From positions 620,001-684,000 of the forward strand of contig JAKIMF020000007.1 of assembly GCA_022605425.2 (NCBI GenBank): DNA of 64,000 nucleotides, in the 5' to 3' direction. This DNA comes from Hamiltosporidium tvaerminnensis FI-OER-3-3. Taxonomy: Eukaryota > Fungi > Microsporidia. Positions 37,460 through 49,913 of the stretch are shown here, piece after piece (positions within the stretch are counted from its first letter, which is position 1; each line of letters opens with the position of its first letter). The notes beneath the pieces are model-generated. The model did no database searches, was not told the DNA's origin, and saw only the letters and a program-made list of their open reading frames with translations. A program made the position numbers and the translations under genes.

Positions 37460-39260
37460 TATAATCTTATAGATTATAGTTATAGAGTAGTTATAGATTA
37501 TAGTTATAGGTTATTATAGAATTATATATCAGTTGTTATAGGTTCTATTATAATAATTGTTATATATCAGTTAATATATTATTAGATATTACAGTCAAGT
37601 ATTGTAATTAAGAAATATAATTCTAAAGTCTTTTAATCTAATAAAGGATAAGAAGTAATAAGTATTAGGTAATAAGTAATAGGTAATATATAAGAATATA
37701 AGGTAATATATAAGAAGTATAAGGTAATATGTAATATGTAATATGTAATAGATAAGAAGTAATATATAAGAATATAAGGTAATAGGTAAGAAGTAATATA
37801 TAAGAATATAAGGTAATATGTAAGAAGTAATATATAAGAATATAAGGTAATATGTAATATATAAGAATATAAGGTAATAGGTAATAGGTATTAGGTAAGT
37901 GTTAATAGGTAATTGGTAATAGGTAATATATAAGAATATAAGGTAATATGTAAGAAGTAATATATAAGAATATAAGGTAATAGGTAATAAGTAATAAGTA
38001 ATAGGTATTACACATAATATTTCTTTTACTATTCTTATAGGTATTTGAAGTATTTAAAGATATAAGAGTATTCATTATACTAATATAATGTTATATTAAT
38101 ATACTTAGAATCTTAGTATGCTAATATACTAATATACTTAGGTTCTTATATAATAATATACTAATATACTAATATACTAATATACTAATTACTTCTTAGA
38201 ACATAAGTATGGTAAGATACATCTTATATTAAGTAAGGAATGTATCTATAAGAATATATTATTAAGTATAACTTAATAAGTGTATTTATAATTATAAAGA
38301 TTTGTTAGAATAATACTTGTATTTATAAGAATATATTATTAAGTATAACTTATCTATAATGTGTATTTAAATGTATTTCTAAGATTTAATAGATTTAATA
38401 GATTTAAGGATTTAATAGATTTTAGGGGATTTACTAGATTTAAGGATTTACTAGATTTAAGGATTTAATATATTTAAGGAGATTTACTAGATTTAATAGA
38501 TTTACTAGATTTAAGGAGATTTACTAGATTTAAGGATTTAAGGATTTTAGGAGATTTACTAGATTTAATAGATTTACTAGTTTTAAGGATTTAATAGATT
38601 TTAGGGGATTTACTAGATTTAAGGATTTAATAGATTTAAGGATTTAATATATTTTAGGAGATTTACTAGATTTAATAGATTTAATAGATTTAAGGAGAAT
38701 TACTAGAATATTAATTTGTATTGAAAACTTTCATACTTCTAAGGATTTAATAGATTTAAGGATTTAAGACTTATATTTATATCTATTTAGTAGGAATAAA
38801 TGTATGTATCGTACCACTTCATTATGTCGTCTAGTATAGTCATGTCTAAGCATTTATTAGAATGAAAGTCTGATTCACTTTTATATTCTATTTGTTTAAA
38901 AGATAATTGAGAAGGGGTTTAAAGAAAGTAAAAATATTTATAAAGAAAATAAAGAGGAAGATAAATTTATAAGGGAATATAAGATTGTGATAGAGTGTAT
39001 AAGGGGGATTATATTAGGTAATTTAGGAGAAATTATGGGGATATAAGGGGGATATGGGATATATAAGGATGTATTAGGTAATATAAGGTAATATAAGGAG
39101 AAATTATGGGGATATATAAGGATGTATTAGGTAATATAAGAATATAAGGTAATATAAGGTGATATAAGAATATAAGAATATAAGAATATAAGAATTTAAG
39201 AATATATGGGTATAAGAATATAAGAATATAAGAATTTAAGAATATATGGGTATTTCTTAT
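37460..39260. repeat. Cluster of AT-rich micro/minisatellites (taagaata, gatttaag and others)
   Basis: Successive simple arrays are seen directly. Confidence 0.85.
38766..38855 (-). mobile_element. Short R4-like LINE relic (RHN motif)
   Basis: The reverse strand reads MLRHDYTRRHNEVVRYIHLFLLNRYKYKS, matching MLGHDYTRRHNEVVRCLHLLLLNRYKFKS of the full element. Confidence 0.85.
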
Positions 39261-39399
39261 ATATTTATAAATCAAAATGCTTATTAGAATTAAGAGAGTG
39301 AGTTAATTCAATTTAAATTATTAGAAATATTATTGTTGTTTGTTGATTGAATATATTTTATAATATTTGTTTTTATTGAGAGTTTATTTATAGAAATAC

Positions 39400-39720
39400 A
39401 ATGTTCTTAGTTTTAGTTTTATTAATTATAATTCATATGTTCTATTGGTATTGAAGATATGTTCTTAGTTTTGGTTTTATTAATTATAATTCATATGTTC
39501 TAGTGGTATTGAAGAGAAGTAAGCAATATGTTCTTAGTTTTGGTTTTATTAATTATAATTCATATGTTCTATTGGTATTGAAGATAAGTAAGCAATATGT
39601 TCTTAGTTTTGGTTTTATTAATTATAATTCATATGTTCTATTGGTATTGAAGATAAGTAAGCAATATGTTCTTAGTTTTAGTTTTATTAATTATAATTCA
39701 TATGTTCTAGTGGTATTGAT
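39400..39720. repeat. ~69-bp tandem repeat
   Basis: atgttcttagttttggttttattaattataattcat..., about 5 copies. Confidence 0.9.
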
Positions 39721-39824
39721 ACGTTAGAATAATGTTTTAATAAAAGTGATAGGTAACAAATATAAAATATAAGTTTTATATTATTGATAGTTGTAATGTA
39801 ATTATTATAGAATAGATGTTTAAA

Positions 39825-40760
39825 AGAAAGTAACAGAAGTATAAACTTTCTGTTTGGAAATAATAGGAGAAATAGGAAATTTGTATGGAAAAATGGTTCA
39901 GATTTTATAGGAAATAACTACTCTATCCTTTCATTTGTTCTATGTAGTTTCTATATGAAGGAGAGGTTGTTTATATTTTATAGGAAATAACTACTCCATC
40001 CTTTCATTTGTTCTATGTAGTTTCTATATGAAGGAGAGGTTGTTTAGAAAATAGTGAAACATATTTTACAGGGAAGTTTTTTATGTATTTAAATTGCAAA
40101 AAAAATATTGAACATGTAGGTAATTACTGTGTAAAGTATGGAAACCTAGTCTTACTTACTCTGTTGGAAGACTTGGCGTTTGAGATATACAAAAATATTT
40201 CTTAAAAATGACAGGAAGGATAAATAGCTTATTATAGCAATATGTAAGGCATAGAAAGGTCTGGATGGACTTTTTCTAAGCTATTGATATACATTTTAAT
40301 TGAAGTTTATCTAATCCATGAGGTATAGACTATGTGAAAATTTAATTGTTCTTGGGTAAATAAAGTCTATTTATATCAACTAACATACCTCAAACAAATA
40401 TATATATTAACAAACTTTAAGCAACTTCTCTGTCTTTGTAATTATGTTTTAAAAACAGTATAGATGAATATCTTTTAGATGTAGATTTTTAGAGGAATAC
40501 TGATATGGATCAGTGCCTGTTATTTATTTACAACCTATAATAGTGTTACGGTTATAAAAATTATATAAAAAATATGTTAATTTATAGAAAGATGTGATAT
40601 TTTACAACCTATAATAGTGTTAAGGTTATACAAGTTATATAAAAAATATGTTAATTTATAGAAAGATGTGATATTTTACAACCTATAATAGTGTTAAGGT
40701 TATACAAGTTATATAAAAAAATATGTTAATTTATAGAAAGATGTGATATTTTGCAAGTAA
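39825..40760 (+). mobile_element. Ancient diverged copy of the 730-bp retroposon with internal tandem duplications
   Basis: Colinear blocks aactttctg, ggagagg, gaacatgtaggtaatt, tggaaacctag, gaagactt.gcg and aaagatgtgata; the 3' segment is triplicated at about 40530-40750. Confidence 0.7.
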
Positions 40761-41093
40761 AATTCTTTCTAAGAATTATGGAAATAATAAAAAGTAATTT
40801 TATTGTTTTTGTAAAAAGTAGAAATAATTTAAAAGAATAATTTTAGAAGAATTCTATGTATGAATGGATATTTAATATTTTGATTAAATGAGAAGAATTA
40901 CATAGGATTCTAACTATGTATTAAATATTTTTATATGTGGTTTATAATAGAACTACATAGGATTCTAATTGGAAAGAAATATTTAGTTAAATGTTTAGAA
41001 GAATAGAACTACATAGGATTCTAATTGGAAAGAAAGATTTATTAAAATAATTAAAAGAATAGAATTGAGAGATAAAACTTTAATAACTTTAAA

Positions 41094-42299
41094 TTAATTC
41101 AATTTACTTTTTTTGTTGGTTTCGTTTTTATTTGGTCTTTTAGTGGATTTAAGATTTTGATCTTTACTTTTATTTTTTTCTGTTTTGATAGATTTTTTAT
41201 TTTCTTTTGATACTTGATTCGTATTTTTACTTTCTTCTGTTTGGTTTTCTTCAGAATCTTCGTTTATATTTTCTTCTGGTTGTTTTTCAGAAGAATGATG
41301 AGATTCTTCATTTATATTTTCTTCTGATTCTTTGCTGCTGTTTTCATCGATTTGATATTCATTTTCTTCTGTATGAACACTTTCATCGTAAATACTAGAC
41401 TCACAGAGACTTTCATCGTTTTCAGACCATTTTATAGTAAATACTGTTTTCAACGGAGGTTCAACAAGTTCAATTTCTATGAGAGTTTTATCTAAAACAT
41501 GATTGTTTATGGATATACGGTTTTCAATGGGTATTTCTTCTGTCTTTGCTTCATCTTTTGGGGAAAGATTTTCTGTTAAAATATCTTTTAAATTGCTTTC
41601 TTCTACTTCACCTGAAATCTCTGGGTTGATGCTTTTTTCGTCTGAGACTAATTTTTCTTCTTTCATTTTTTCAATTACCTCTTCGTTCATATTAGAAATT
41701 TCACTTTGGATTTGTAAATTAGAATTTTTGGTTTCTTCATTTGCATTTTTTATTTCTTCAATAATTTCCGCCAAATTTTCTTCATTTTTCTCTTTTTCTT
41801 CTTCAAAATTATTTTCCTTTTCATCTGCAACCAAATCAGGAATATTCTCTTCTTCTTCTGTTGCTGAACTCTCTTCACTTAATTCTTCCAAATCACTTTC
41901 TTCTTCATTCTCTTCGTAAAAAGTAAGTTCGGAATTTGGTATACCAGGATACTCAACATTTACAAAAAATCCAATCCGAATAAACTGCTGCTCATGATAT
42001 TTACCAATAATAATAACAGAAGTCACTCCAAATAACTGTTCTACAGGTATTTTGTCAACTACTGGTGGTACAGTTTCCAAAGAAAAACCGACTTTTCCCT
42101 TGGGAATAGGACCAACCAATTCGTTACACAGTACTTGATCATATTCTTCTGTTTCTGCATCTCCGTTATATATTACTGTAAATTCCACATCGTCTTGTAT
42201 TTCCCGGTGACAGTCAAATATTAAATCGAATTTTATCGGTTCAGAAATAAGTTGATGCGATTTTTGTATTTTTATATCTTTCAAAGTCAATGATGCCAT
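41094..42299 (-). CDS. ASF1: Histone chaperone ASF1 with acidic insertion and tail
   Basis: IYNGDAETEEYDQVL, LVGPIPKG, LFGVT and FIRIGFFVNVEY motifs; ccctttatATG context. Confidence 0.93.
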   Translation of the reverse strand: MASLTLKDIKIQKSHQLISEPIKFDLIFDCHREIQDDVEFTVIYNGDAETEEYDQVLCNELVGPIPKGKVGFSLETVPPVVDKIPVEQLFGVTSVIIIGKYHEQQFIRIGFFVNVEYPGIPNSELTFYEENEEESDLEELSEESSATEEEENIPDLVADEKENNFEEEKEKNEENLAEIIEEIKNANEETKNSNLQIQSEISNMNEEVIEKMKEEKLVSDEKSINPEISGEVEESNLKDILTENLSPKDEAKTEEIPIENRISINNHVLDKTLIEIELVEPPLKTVFTIKWSENDESLCESSIYDESVHTEENEYQIDENSSKESEENINEESHHSSEKQPEENINEDSEENQTEESKNTNQVSKENKKSIKTEKNKSKDQNLKSTKRPNKNETNKKSKLN

Positions 42300-42346
42300 A
42301 TAAAGGGTATGAATTTATTTTTTTTTATAAAAGATGTATTGCTTTA

Positions 42347-42610
42347 TTAAGTTTGAAACCTAAACAAGTAGAAAGAGAAAATATAAATTTTAAAAAACAG
42401 TAAAAATTATAAAATTAATTTATAAAGTTATAATTAAGTTTGAAACCTAAACAAGTAGAAATAGAAAATATAAATTTTAAAAAACAGTAAAAATTATGAA
42501 ATTAATTTATAAAGTTATAATTAAGTTTGAAACCTAAACAAGTAGAAATAGAAAATATAAATTTTAAAAAACAGTAAAAATTATGAAATTAATTCATAAA
42601 GTTATAGTTA
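42347..42610. repeat. 87-bp tandem repeat x3 upstream of ASF1
   Basis: Units start at 42347, 42434 and 42521. Confidence 0.92.
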
Positions 42611-43589
42611 AGAGGTATTCAATTCAGTGTTAAAAATTTTAAATTACAGTTTAGTTTTGTTTAATTTTACTAATTATGGAATTATAAGAATCAAGAATAA
42701 CTAATTTTCAGTAAAATATTTTGCGATATTAAATACTTAAGACACCACAAACCGTGTATTCAGTTTATAATAATTAGTTTTAATATAATTATTATGAAAA
42801 AAGAAAAACGTTAATGAATAATTTAATTACATAAAGATTTTTTTTCCTCTCATATTGAGTAAAATATAAACAATAACCGATATTAAATTTATTTTTAAAA
42901 TCCAATCTGACTTTAATTAATGGTTTAAGCCAATATTACCATAAAAAATATCTTCACCGTTAAGAAATATTAAAAAAGCATTTTTATGTTTCTTGTGTGA
43001 GATATATGATTTTTTGGAATTGTTGGATGTAAAGTATTTATTTTATATCAAGTCAAAGGTTTCTTATTTCTTTACGATTTTATATTTCTGAAACATAAGT
43101 CACATCTGAAATATTTAAGATTGGCTTCCTTTTTTTCTGTAATATTATAGTGGGTTTAGAATGATTTTTTTTGATATTATATGTTTTAAAACCCTTTTTA
43201 TCACTTTAAATAGACGTAAATCTCGACTCTAATCTCTTAAATTGATAAATAAAATTAGTACTTCTGAAGATTATAGATCCAGAATGTCTGTATTAAAAAT
43301 ATATGAGGAATATCTTAGAACATATTAAGAGAATTTTCTTTACTTTGAGAACTTAATATTATAAAGAATAATATCTACACCAATGTTATAAATTAGGGTA
43401 ATATATTGGTCAATAGATCATACTTCCTTGGTTTTTAAATCCAAACAATAGAATTATAAATTTTCTAATGAACAAACGATTATATTTTCAATTGGTTAGT
43501 TACATATTCCAGTACTTCTTTACCTATTAGTATCAAGGATAAACAAATAGAAGTTTCACATTAGTTTCTTTTAATCTGGTATAACGTAG

Positions 43590-43715
43590 AATTATGAGGA
43601 ATTCGACAAAATATTCGGTGTGTTTATGTCCCACTGATGTAAACAATGATTTTTAAACAATTCTAGACATTTATTGAAAGAAAGAAAGTTTTTAATGTGG
43701 TTATTCTCGCTCAAC
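43590..43715 (-). mobile_element. Old 5' fragment of the 730-bp retroposon
   Basis: aaacaatgat...agaaagtttttaatgtggttattctcgctcaac aligns with the element's 5' end. Confidence 0.6.
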
Positions 43716-45028
43716 ACGTTCAAAAAGTGTAATAGAATTAATTATATTTGCAAAAATAAATATGTTCAATCTATTTATTCGAATTTTGACATCAATTTTT
43801 ATTCTAACATTTATTCTTATTTCCGCATACTCATTTTCAAGAATTTATCGAACAGAATGACACCTAATTCGTTTTGAAGACTTAAACTTAATATTCATTA
43901 ATAATCACCAAGATTTGTAAAGTATCTTTTAATTATAATTCCAATAGATTCATATTAAAAATTATAATTCTAATAGATTCATATTAAAAATTATAATAGC
44001 AGCAAATCTATAAATTCATGATTAATTTTTAAAAATTCAAGGTGATGAAAATAACCTGTTCCTTTAAAAATAATTCTAAAACATAGAAACCCATATTTGA
44101 ATCTAGTTTATTATTTCTAAATCAAATCAATTTAAGACTTTCACACTAACTATTACACTTTTTCTGTTTTATATAACTTTGAATGTAGTTTTCGGTTTCT
44201 ATCTACGAATAAGATATCAAATTTCAAGGTACGTTTTTCGTCTTTAAATTATTTTCTTCGGACCAAACCTATCTTGATTGTTATATTCAAGAATCAATAT
44301 GTTAGTTGCTTCAGTTTGGTTTCTGAAATCACTAGGGTTTAAGATTTATGCTAAATTTTTATTAAATATATTTTTATCAAGTAAAGAGATGATAAAAGGA
44401 AATCTATATTACATATATTTTTATCCAGTAAAGAGATGTTAAAAGGAAATTTATATTACATAAGGATTAATATTGAAATAATAAGTTTAAATTTAATTTG
44501 TTTAAACTCCGTATTCATAAAATTAAATTAGAAATACTTTTCAAGAAATAATGTATAAATATAAAATTTTAAAGAGCCTTCAAATAAAACAAGCATACTA
44601 AAAATAGATTAAAAGTATACTTAGTTTGTAATATAAACATTTAAAATTAATTCTCCAAAAATAAAATAAAATATAAAACATATTTAAATATTAATCACAC
44701 TTGAATTTTAATAAATACATACTCAAATCAAATTCTAAATAAGAAATAAAATTTAAATTATGGAAATCAAGCTATTAATAGAACTAAAAATATAATTGAA
44801 TATAAAAATTGTATGAACAAAAGAAATAAATTTAAATATAAAGTTGATTGGTCTGTAAACTTCTTTAAACTAAGAAACATGGAATCGAGACTTTAAACGT
44901 ATCAGATAAATATTTAATTTCTATATTTTTTTATAGACTATTTTAGAAGCTTTTTAAGATTATATAAACAATATCATAAAATATTAATTAAATTAAAAAA
45001 TAATTTAATTTTTAAAATTTTATATTCA

Positions 45029-45715
45029 CTACTTTTTATCTGGTTTCGTATCCTTTTCTTCAATTCTAAGCCTATCGATATGTTCAACCAACAAATTATC
45101 GTCATTTTGATTTTCATCAAGAATAAGAGGAACCAAAAAGTATGTTTCAATTAAAAGTGTAAGCGAATAAAGTGAATAGATGAGAAAAAAGACATAACAA
45201 ACCTCTTTTCCAATGCTAAAGTACAACAAAAGAAATATCAATCTTTTAAAAATAAATGAAATACTCAATTTAAATGCGTATTTTTCATGGTACAGAAATA
45301 CAAAGGGTCTGAAAACTCGATAAAAAATAGAAAATAAGGCAATAAAAATATAAAATAGCAGAGATCTGAAACCAACCACTCTTTTCTGTTGTTTGTAAAG
45401 CATTACTCGTTTATAAAACAGTGTTTTCATATAAAGTCGTAGCTTGTCTTTACAGAAATTACAAAAATGAACTTTTAAAAAATATTCGTTAAAATTTCTA
45501 CATCGTATAGATTTTTCCAAATCTGTTTCAATACATTTGTCACATATCTGTCTTCTAATAGGAATACAGTTATTTATATCGGTTGTAGGAAGATGACACG
45601 CTTCATAATTATTATTTTTAAATTTGAAATACACCTCACACTCCTCACAATATATTTTTTCTAATAAAAATACTAATTTTTTTGATCTACAGAATCCACA
45701 TTCTTTTATTTTCAT
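45029..45715 (-). CDS. Zinc-finger membrane protein, Ima1/Samp1 (TMEM201)-like
   Basis: Four CxxC pairs (CGFC, CEEC, CDKC, CNFC) followed by several hydrophobic helices; gcccttggtATG context. Confidence 0.55.
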   Translation of the reverse strand: MKIKECGFCRSKKLVFLLEKIYCEECEVYFKFKNNNYEACHLPTTDINNCIPIRRQICDKCIETDLEKSIRCRNFNEYFLKVHFCNFCKDKLRLYMKTLFYKRVMLYKQQKRVVGFRSLLFYIFIALFSIFYRVFRPFVFLYHEKYAFKLSISFIFKRLIFLLLYFSIGKEVCYVFFLIYSLYSLTLLIETYFLVPLILDENQNDDNLLVEHIDRLRIEEKDTKPDKK

Positions 45716-47265
45716 ACCAAGGGCCCCTCAACCTCTAACTTATTATTATATCGTTAGAAATTATAATCAATTTTTTATTTATCGCTAACCAATGGAAAAC
45801 AAAATATTTGTTGTAAAGTTATAAAAATATCAAGAAAATTAAATACAATTTTAATGAAAATAACAAATTTATAAAGCAATTTATTATTACAAAATGAAAT
45901 CTTAAAAGAAAGAAAATAAAGAATAATTCATAAAAAAATATTATAAAATATTAATTTTGGTAGGGAATCGTTTTAACAAAACTACTTAAAAAATACATAA
46001 TACAAATTTTCTTAAAAATCATTTAAATCTCTAAAAAAATAATTTATAAAAATAATACAAATTTTGTTGAAAATCATTTACATTTCTGAAAAAATAATTT
46101 ATAAGTATATTGCAAATACGTAGTGTTTTTTAACGAAATAAAGAATCAGAAATTTCATAAAAAAATCTTAAAAACTTCCTAAATAAATATAAAGTAATTA
46201 TTTATAAATATTTGAATTATTTAATTATAAAAATCGGGTAACAATTTTTCTGTCTTTTAAATATTTTTTTTATCTTTTATCATTTCATTCTCATTATCTT
46301 CCTCTGAATTTTAAATATTCGAATTATTTAATTGACGACTATAAATACGATTAAATTTATAAAATGTATTTTATTTAAAAAAAATAATTTAGTTACTGCT
46401 GATTTGGTAATGGAACATAAAAATTAAACTATTTGATGATTTTTTTTATTAAAATTCAATGAGTGAGAATATATTCTGCTGTTTTATAATATGACTTATA
46501 CTCTACTAATAAATAAATTTAAAATTTTATTAAAATTAATTTCTAAATTGTTTACTTCAACTACTATTTAAAATATAAATTATGATTGAATTTTTATTTT
46601 TCTTGGAAATATTTCTATATTTTTTATAACTTAGTAATATATTCAGTGTATCATATAATCTAACACTTTCATAGATGTTTCACTGTGTATATACTGTTAT
46701 ATATACTTTAATTGACTATTTATATACAAATATTTTTTTTCTATTGATTTGAATGGTGTATTTCTAGCGAGAGAAATATTTTTTTTCTTTTCTAAATTTA
46801 GTAAATTAATAAAAGTTGAAAGTTAAGATAAAATAAATATTTTATTGAAGAAATCTTTACTTAAAAAATTTCTTTTGTGATCTGATAAATTATGAACGAA
46901 CATATTTGAGTTGTAGTTTGTGTTATTTTAAATAATTTTAAATGATGTACTAATTTTTGAAAAATTTATACGATATTTTGCGAAAAATTCAAAGTTGTAC
47001 AAGTTTGTAACTAATATCGAGAGTTGTCGTAAATTCAGTTGTGAGCAACAACATTAAGACCTCAAAATAGTTATATAATAATTATTTCTTTTACACCTAC
47101 GAAGATGTGAAAATAAATCAAAATAATGACCTTCAATCAATAAAAAAGATTCCATTAATACTTCTTCAACGCCAGCACAAGGCAGGAGTGAAAATAATAT
47201 TTATAAGACTAAATAAAATTCTAGTTTAAAAAACCAAACAATAAAAAATATTTACTTAAAATATT

Positions 47266-48552
47266 TTAATCAATAGACTTTGGATTACAAACCAATGCAT
47301 AGGCACATCCTAATAATGAAGCATGTTCATTAAAAGACATAGAAAACTCTACATCTGTAATTTCCATAGATCTCGCAAGTTCATCGAGCATTTCTTTTAA
47401 TTTTTTCCATTCACCACAACCATTAAATGCTGAACCGTTGAGATTAATGCCTATTTTACCTTTAAAATTATTTTTTTCAACAATTCCAATGACTAGACTG
47501 GCAAGAATTGAAATCGATCTTGATTTAAAGTATTCATATATCTTTTTTTTTAATTCCAAATTCTCAATATTACCATTATTTTCATCACTCTGATTTCTTA
47601 TCTGGGCAATTTCTTCTTTTGAAATCGTTTTGTTGGTATTTGTAAAATCTTTGTACATAAGATTTATTATTTCAATAAATTTCACACCACCGATCATATA
47701 ATCAACGTTTTGATACACAGCATTTTCACTTAGAACAGTTTCTTTAATAATATCATCGTATTTGCTTTTCTTAAATGACACGTTATCGAATTTTCCCCAT
47801 TCGGAATTAATTAGTTCGATTTGATCGTTTACCATATCTCCAGTGTAAAATGCACAGTTTGATCCTGTTCCAAGAACTATTCCCATTTTTGTTGAAGAAT
47901 CTGTAAGATATCCTGAAAGAAATGTAGCATTTGCGTCATTTAAGATAATTTTTATCTCCAAATCAATTTTTAGACATTTCAAAGCATTATTCAAAAGCTT
48001 TACTGGATCTTTTGGCTCACTGAGATCGATTGGACGAAATGGAAAATCTTTGCCAAAACTTAAGATTTCTCCATTATGGCAATTATCCTGTTTTATCGGA
48101 TATGAAAATGTCATTGCGCCTTCTTTTATTCCAGTGGTTTCTTCTCCTTTATCAGATAAATATTCATTTAACATTTGAGCAACCCACTCAAACAAATCTA
48201 CTTCCTTCGTTTTTAATTCTCTTTTTATTTCAAATTTTTCATAATTTAAAACATTACTCTCGTTATTAATAAAATGAACAATACATATCTTAAGGTATGT
48301 TCCTCCTATATCGATTGCAAATACCTTTTTATTAATTGACTCATCAAAATTCTTAACTTTCATTTTGGTCTTAAGACACACTTTTTCTTTACTATCTTCA
48401 TAATTCTCAATTAAATAAGAACAATATGCCTCTGCAACTTTCTTCATATCAATTAATGTATAGGCACTCTCTGTAAATAAACATTTGACATCTGGATTTG
48501 ATAAAAAACTTTTTTTCACATATAAAAGAAACAATGACAAAAATATTTTCAT
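47266..48552 (-). CDS. HK: Hexokinase with N-terminal signal peptide
   Basis: AIDIGGTYLK, MTFSYP, ILNDA, IVLGTGSN and INSEWG motifs. The first ATG at 48552 gives MKIFLSLFLLYVKKSFLS. Confidence 0.93.
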   Translation of the reverse strand: MKIFLSLFLLYVKKSFLSNPDVKCLFTESAYTLIDMKKVAEAYCSYLIENYEDSKEKVCLKTKMKVKNFDESINKKVFAIDIGGTYLKICIVHFINNESNVLNYEKFEIKRELKTKEVDLFEWVAQMLNEYLSDKGEETTGIKEGAMTFSYPIKQDNCHNGEILSFGKDFPFRPIDLSEPKDPVKLLNNALKCLKIDLEIKIILNDANATFLSGYLTDSSTKMGIVLGTGSNCAFYTGDMVNDQIELINSEWGKFDNVSFKKSKYDDIIKETVLSENAVYQNVDYMIGGVKFIEIINLMYKDFTNTNKTISKEEIAQIRNQSDENNGNIENLELKKKIYEYFKSRSISILASLVIGIVEKNNFKGKIGINLNGSAFNGCGEWKKLKEMLDELARSMEITDVEFSMSFNEHASLLGCAYALVCNPKSID

Positions 48553-49565
48553 AGGTATAAATTTATAAATTATTTTATAAAATAAAATTTTAATTAAAAA
48601 TAGAATTTTAGAACAATTTATTCTTTTAAGATTCAAATTTCGCAAAAATTTATTTAACCTTTTTAGGTAAAATTTAAATATTCAATTTAAAAAATATATA
48701 AAATATTTCAATTAAAATCAAAAATTTGGAACAATTTTCTCTTTTTGGATTAATTTGGATCAAAAAATACCAATTAAAAGATTTTTTTTGTTCCATTTTT
48801 TTATTTCTTAAAAATTTCTTTTGTTTTTTTGTTAAATATTTTGTAAATTAAAAATTAAAAAAAATAGGAATATCTCTAAACCAGTGTAAAAGTAAGATTT
48901 CACATATATTTTCTTCTTTTTTGTATCTTTTTGATTTTAAATCAGAAAAAATGAATATTTTTTGGTAAAATCTTTCTGCCAGAGATTATCATTATAGATT
49001 AACTTTATATTTATTTAAAATAATACATTTGTCAATGCTATAGACATATCATATACAATTGGTTGTCTTATTCTTCTTTATTTAAATTAATATTCAGATA
49101 TTAGATAGAGATTTACTAAACTAATATCTTATTGAAATACCTCTTTTGGGCTTTTCATAGAAAGCAAACTATTTTTGAAATATTTTACTTGGAATTAGAA
49201 AGGTTTTTACTAGTGCTATTTTAATATATGAATACATTTTTTGAATATTTTAATTCAATTTGAATAAAGAAGAAATTAATATGTAAAATATTATTGTATG
49301 TGAGGCAGCAAAATATTCTTATATTTTAGCTATAACGACGTTGAACTAATTCAATATAGATATATTTTGTACAAAAATATCTATAGAATGACAAGATGGA
49401 TCAAAATATTTGGAACTTTCTAAAAAATACTATAATTTCAGTTTAATTTAAAGAAAAAATAAATTCTGAAAGCTTTTATAAGGCTATGTTAACAACGATG
49501 TTAATAATTGATAGTTTTTTTACACATGAAACAATTAAATTTTTTTAAGTAATTTTAAGAAACAA

Positions 49566-49913
49566 CTCTGAAATATATCTTAGCTAGAAGTTTATTGGGT
49601 TCCGAAAGTGTAGAGTAAGTGGGAATGCTGCATAGTCTTGGGGGAGCCCAGGGGGGGCTTCGGCCTTCGATCACACTCCATGCAACGGACATTAACGAAC
49701 TCCGGGCAACTGCCTCGCCTATTAATTAGGTTCTACACACCTGGTAGATGAAAGGCTTTGGGACGTAGGTATCGCAGGGGTTACCGATGGAGTGTTGGGG
49801 TAGCAGTTATTTATGTTAAACCTAGAACTGCGTTAATGTCATAAAAACAAATATAACACTTGCCACTGTTTTAAAAAAGATGTGTTACTTTTAAATAAAG
49901 TATTAAAAAGAAC
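49566..49913 (+). mobile_element. 5'-truncated copy D of the 730-bp retroposon with an 11-bp TSD
   Basis: Matches the 3' ~335 bp of copy C; ttaagaaacaa lies at 49555-49565 and 49914-49924. Confidence 0.9.

Noticed and set aside
48553-48645. Longer hexokinase start
   Set aside because: A non-ATG start in AT-rich upstream DNA; the ATG at 48552 gives a clean signal peptide.
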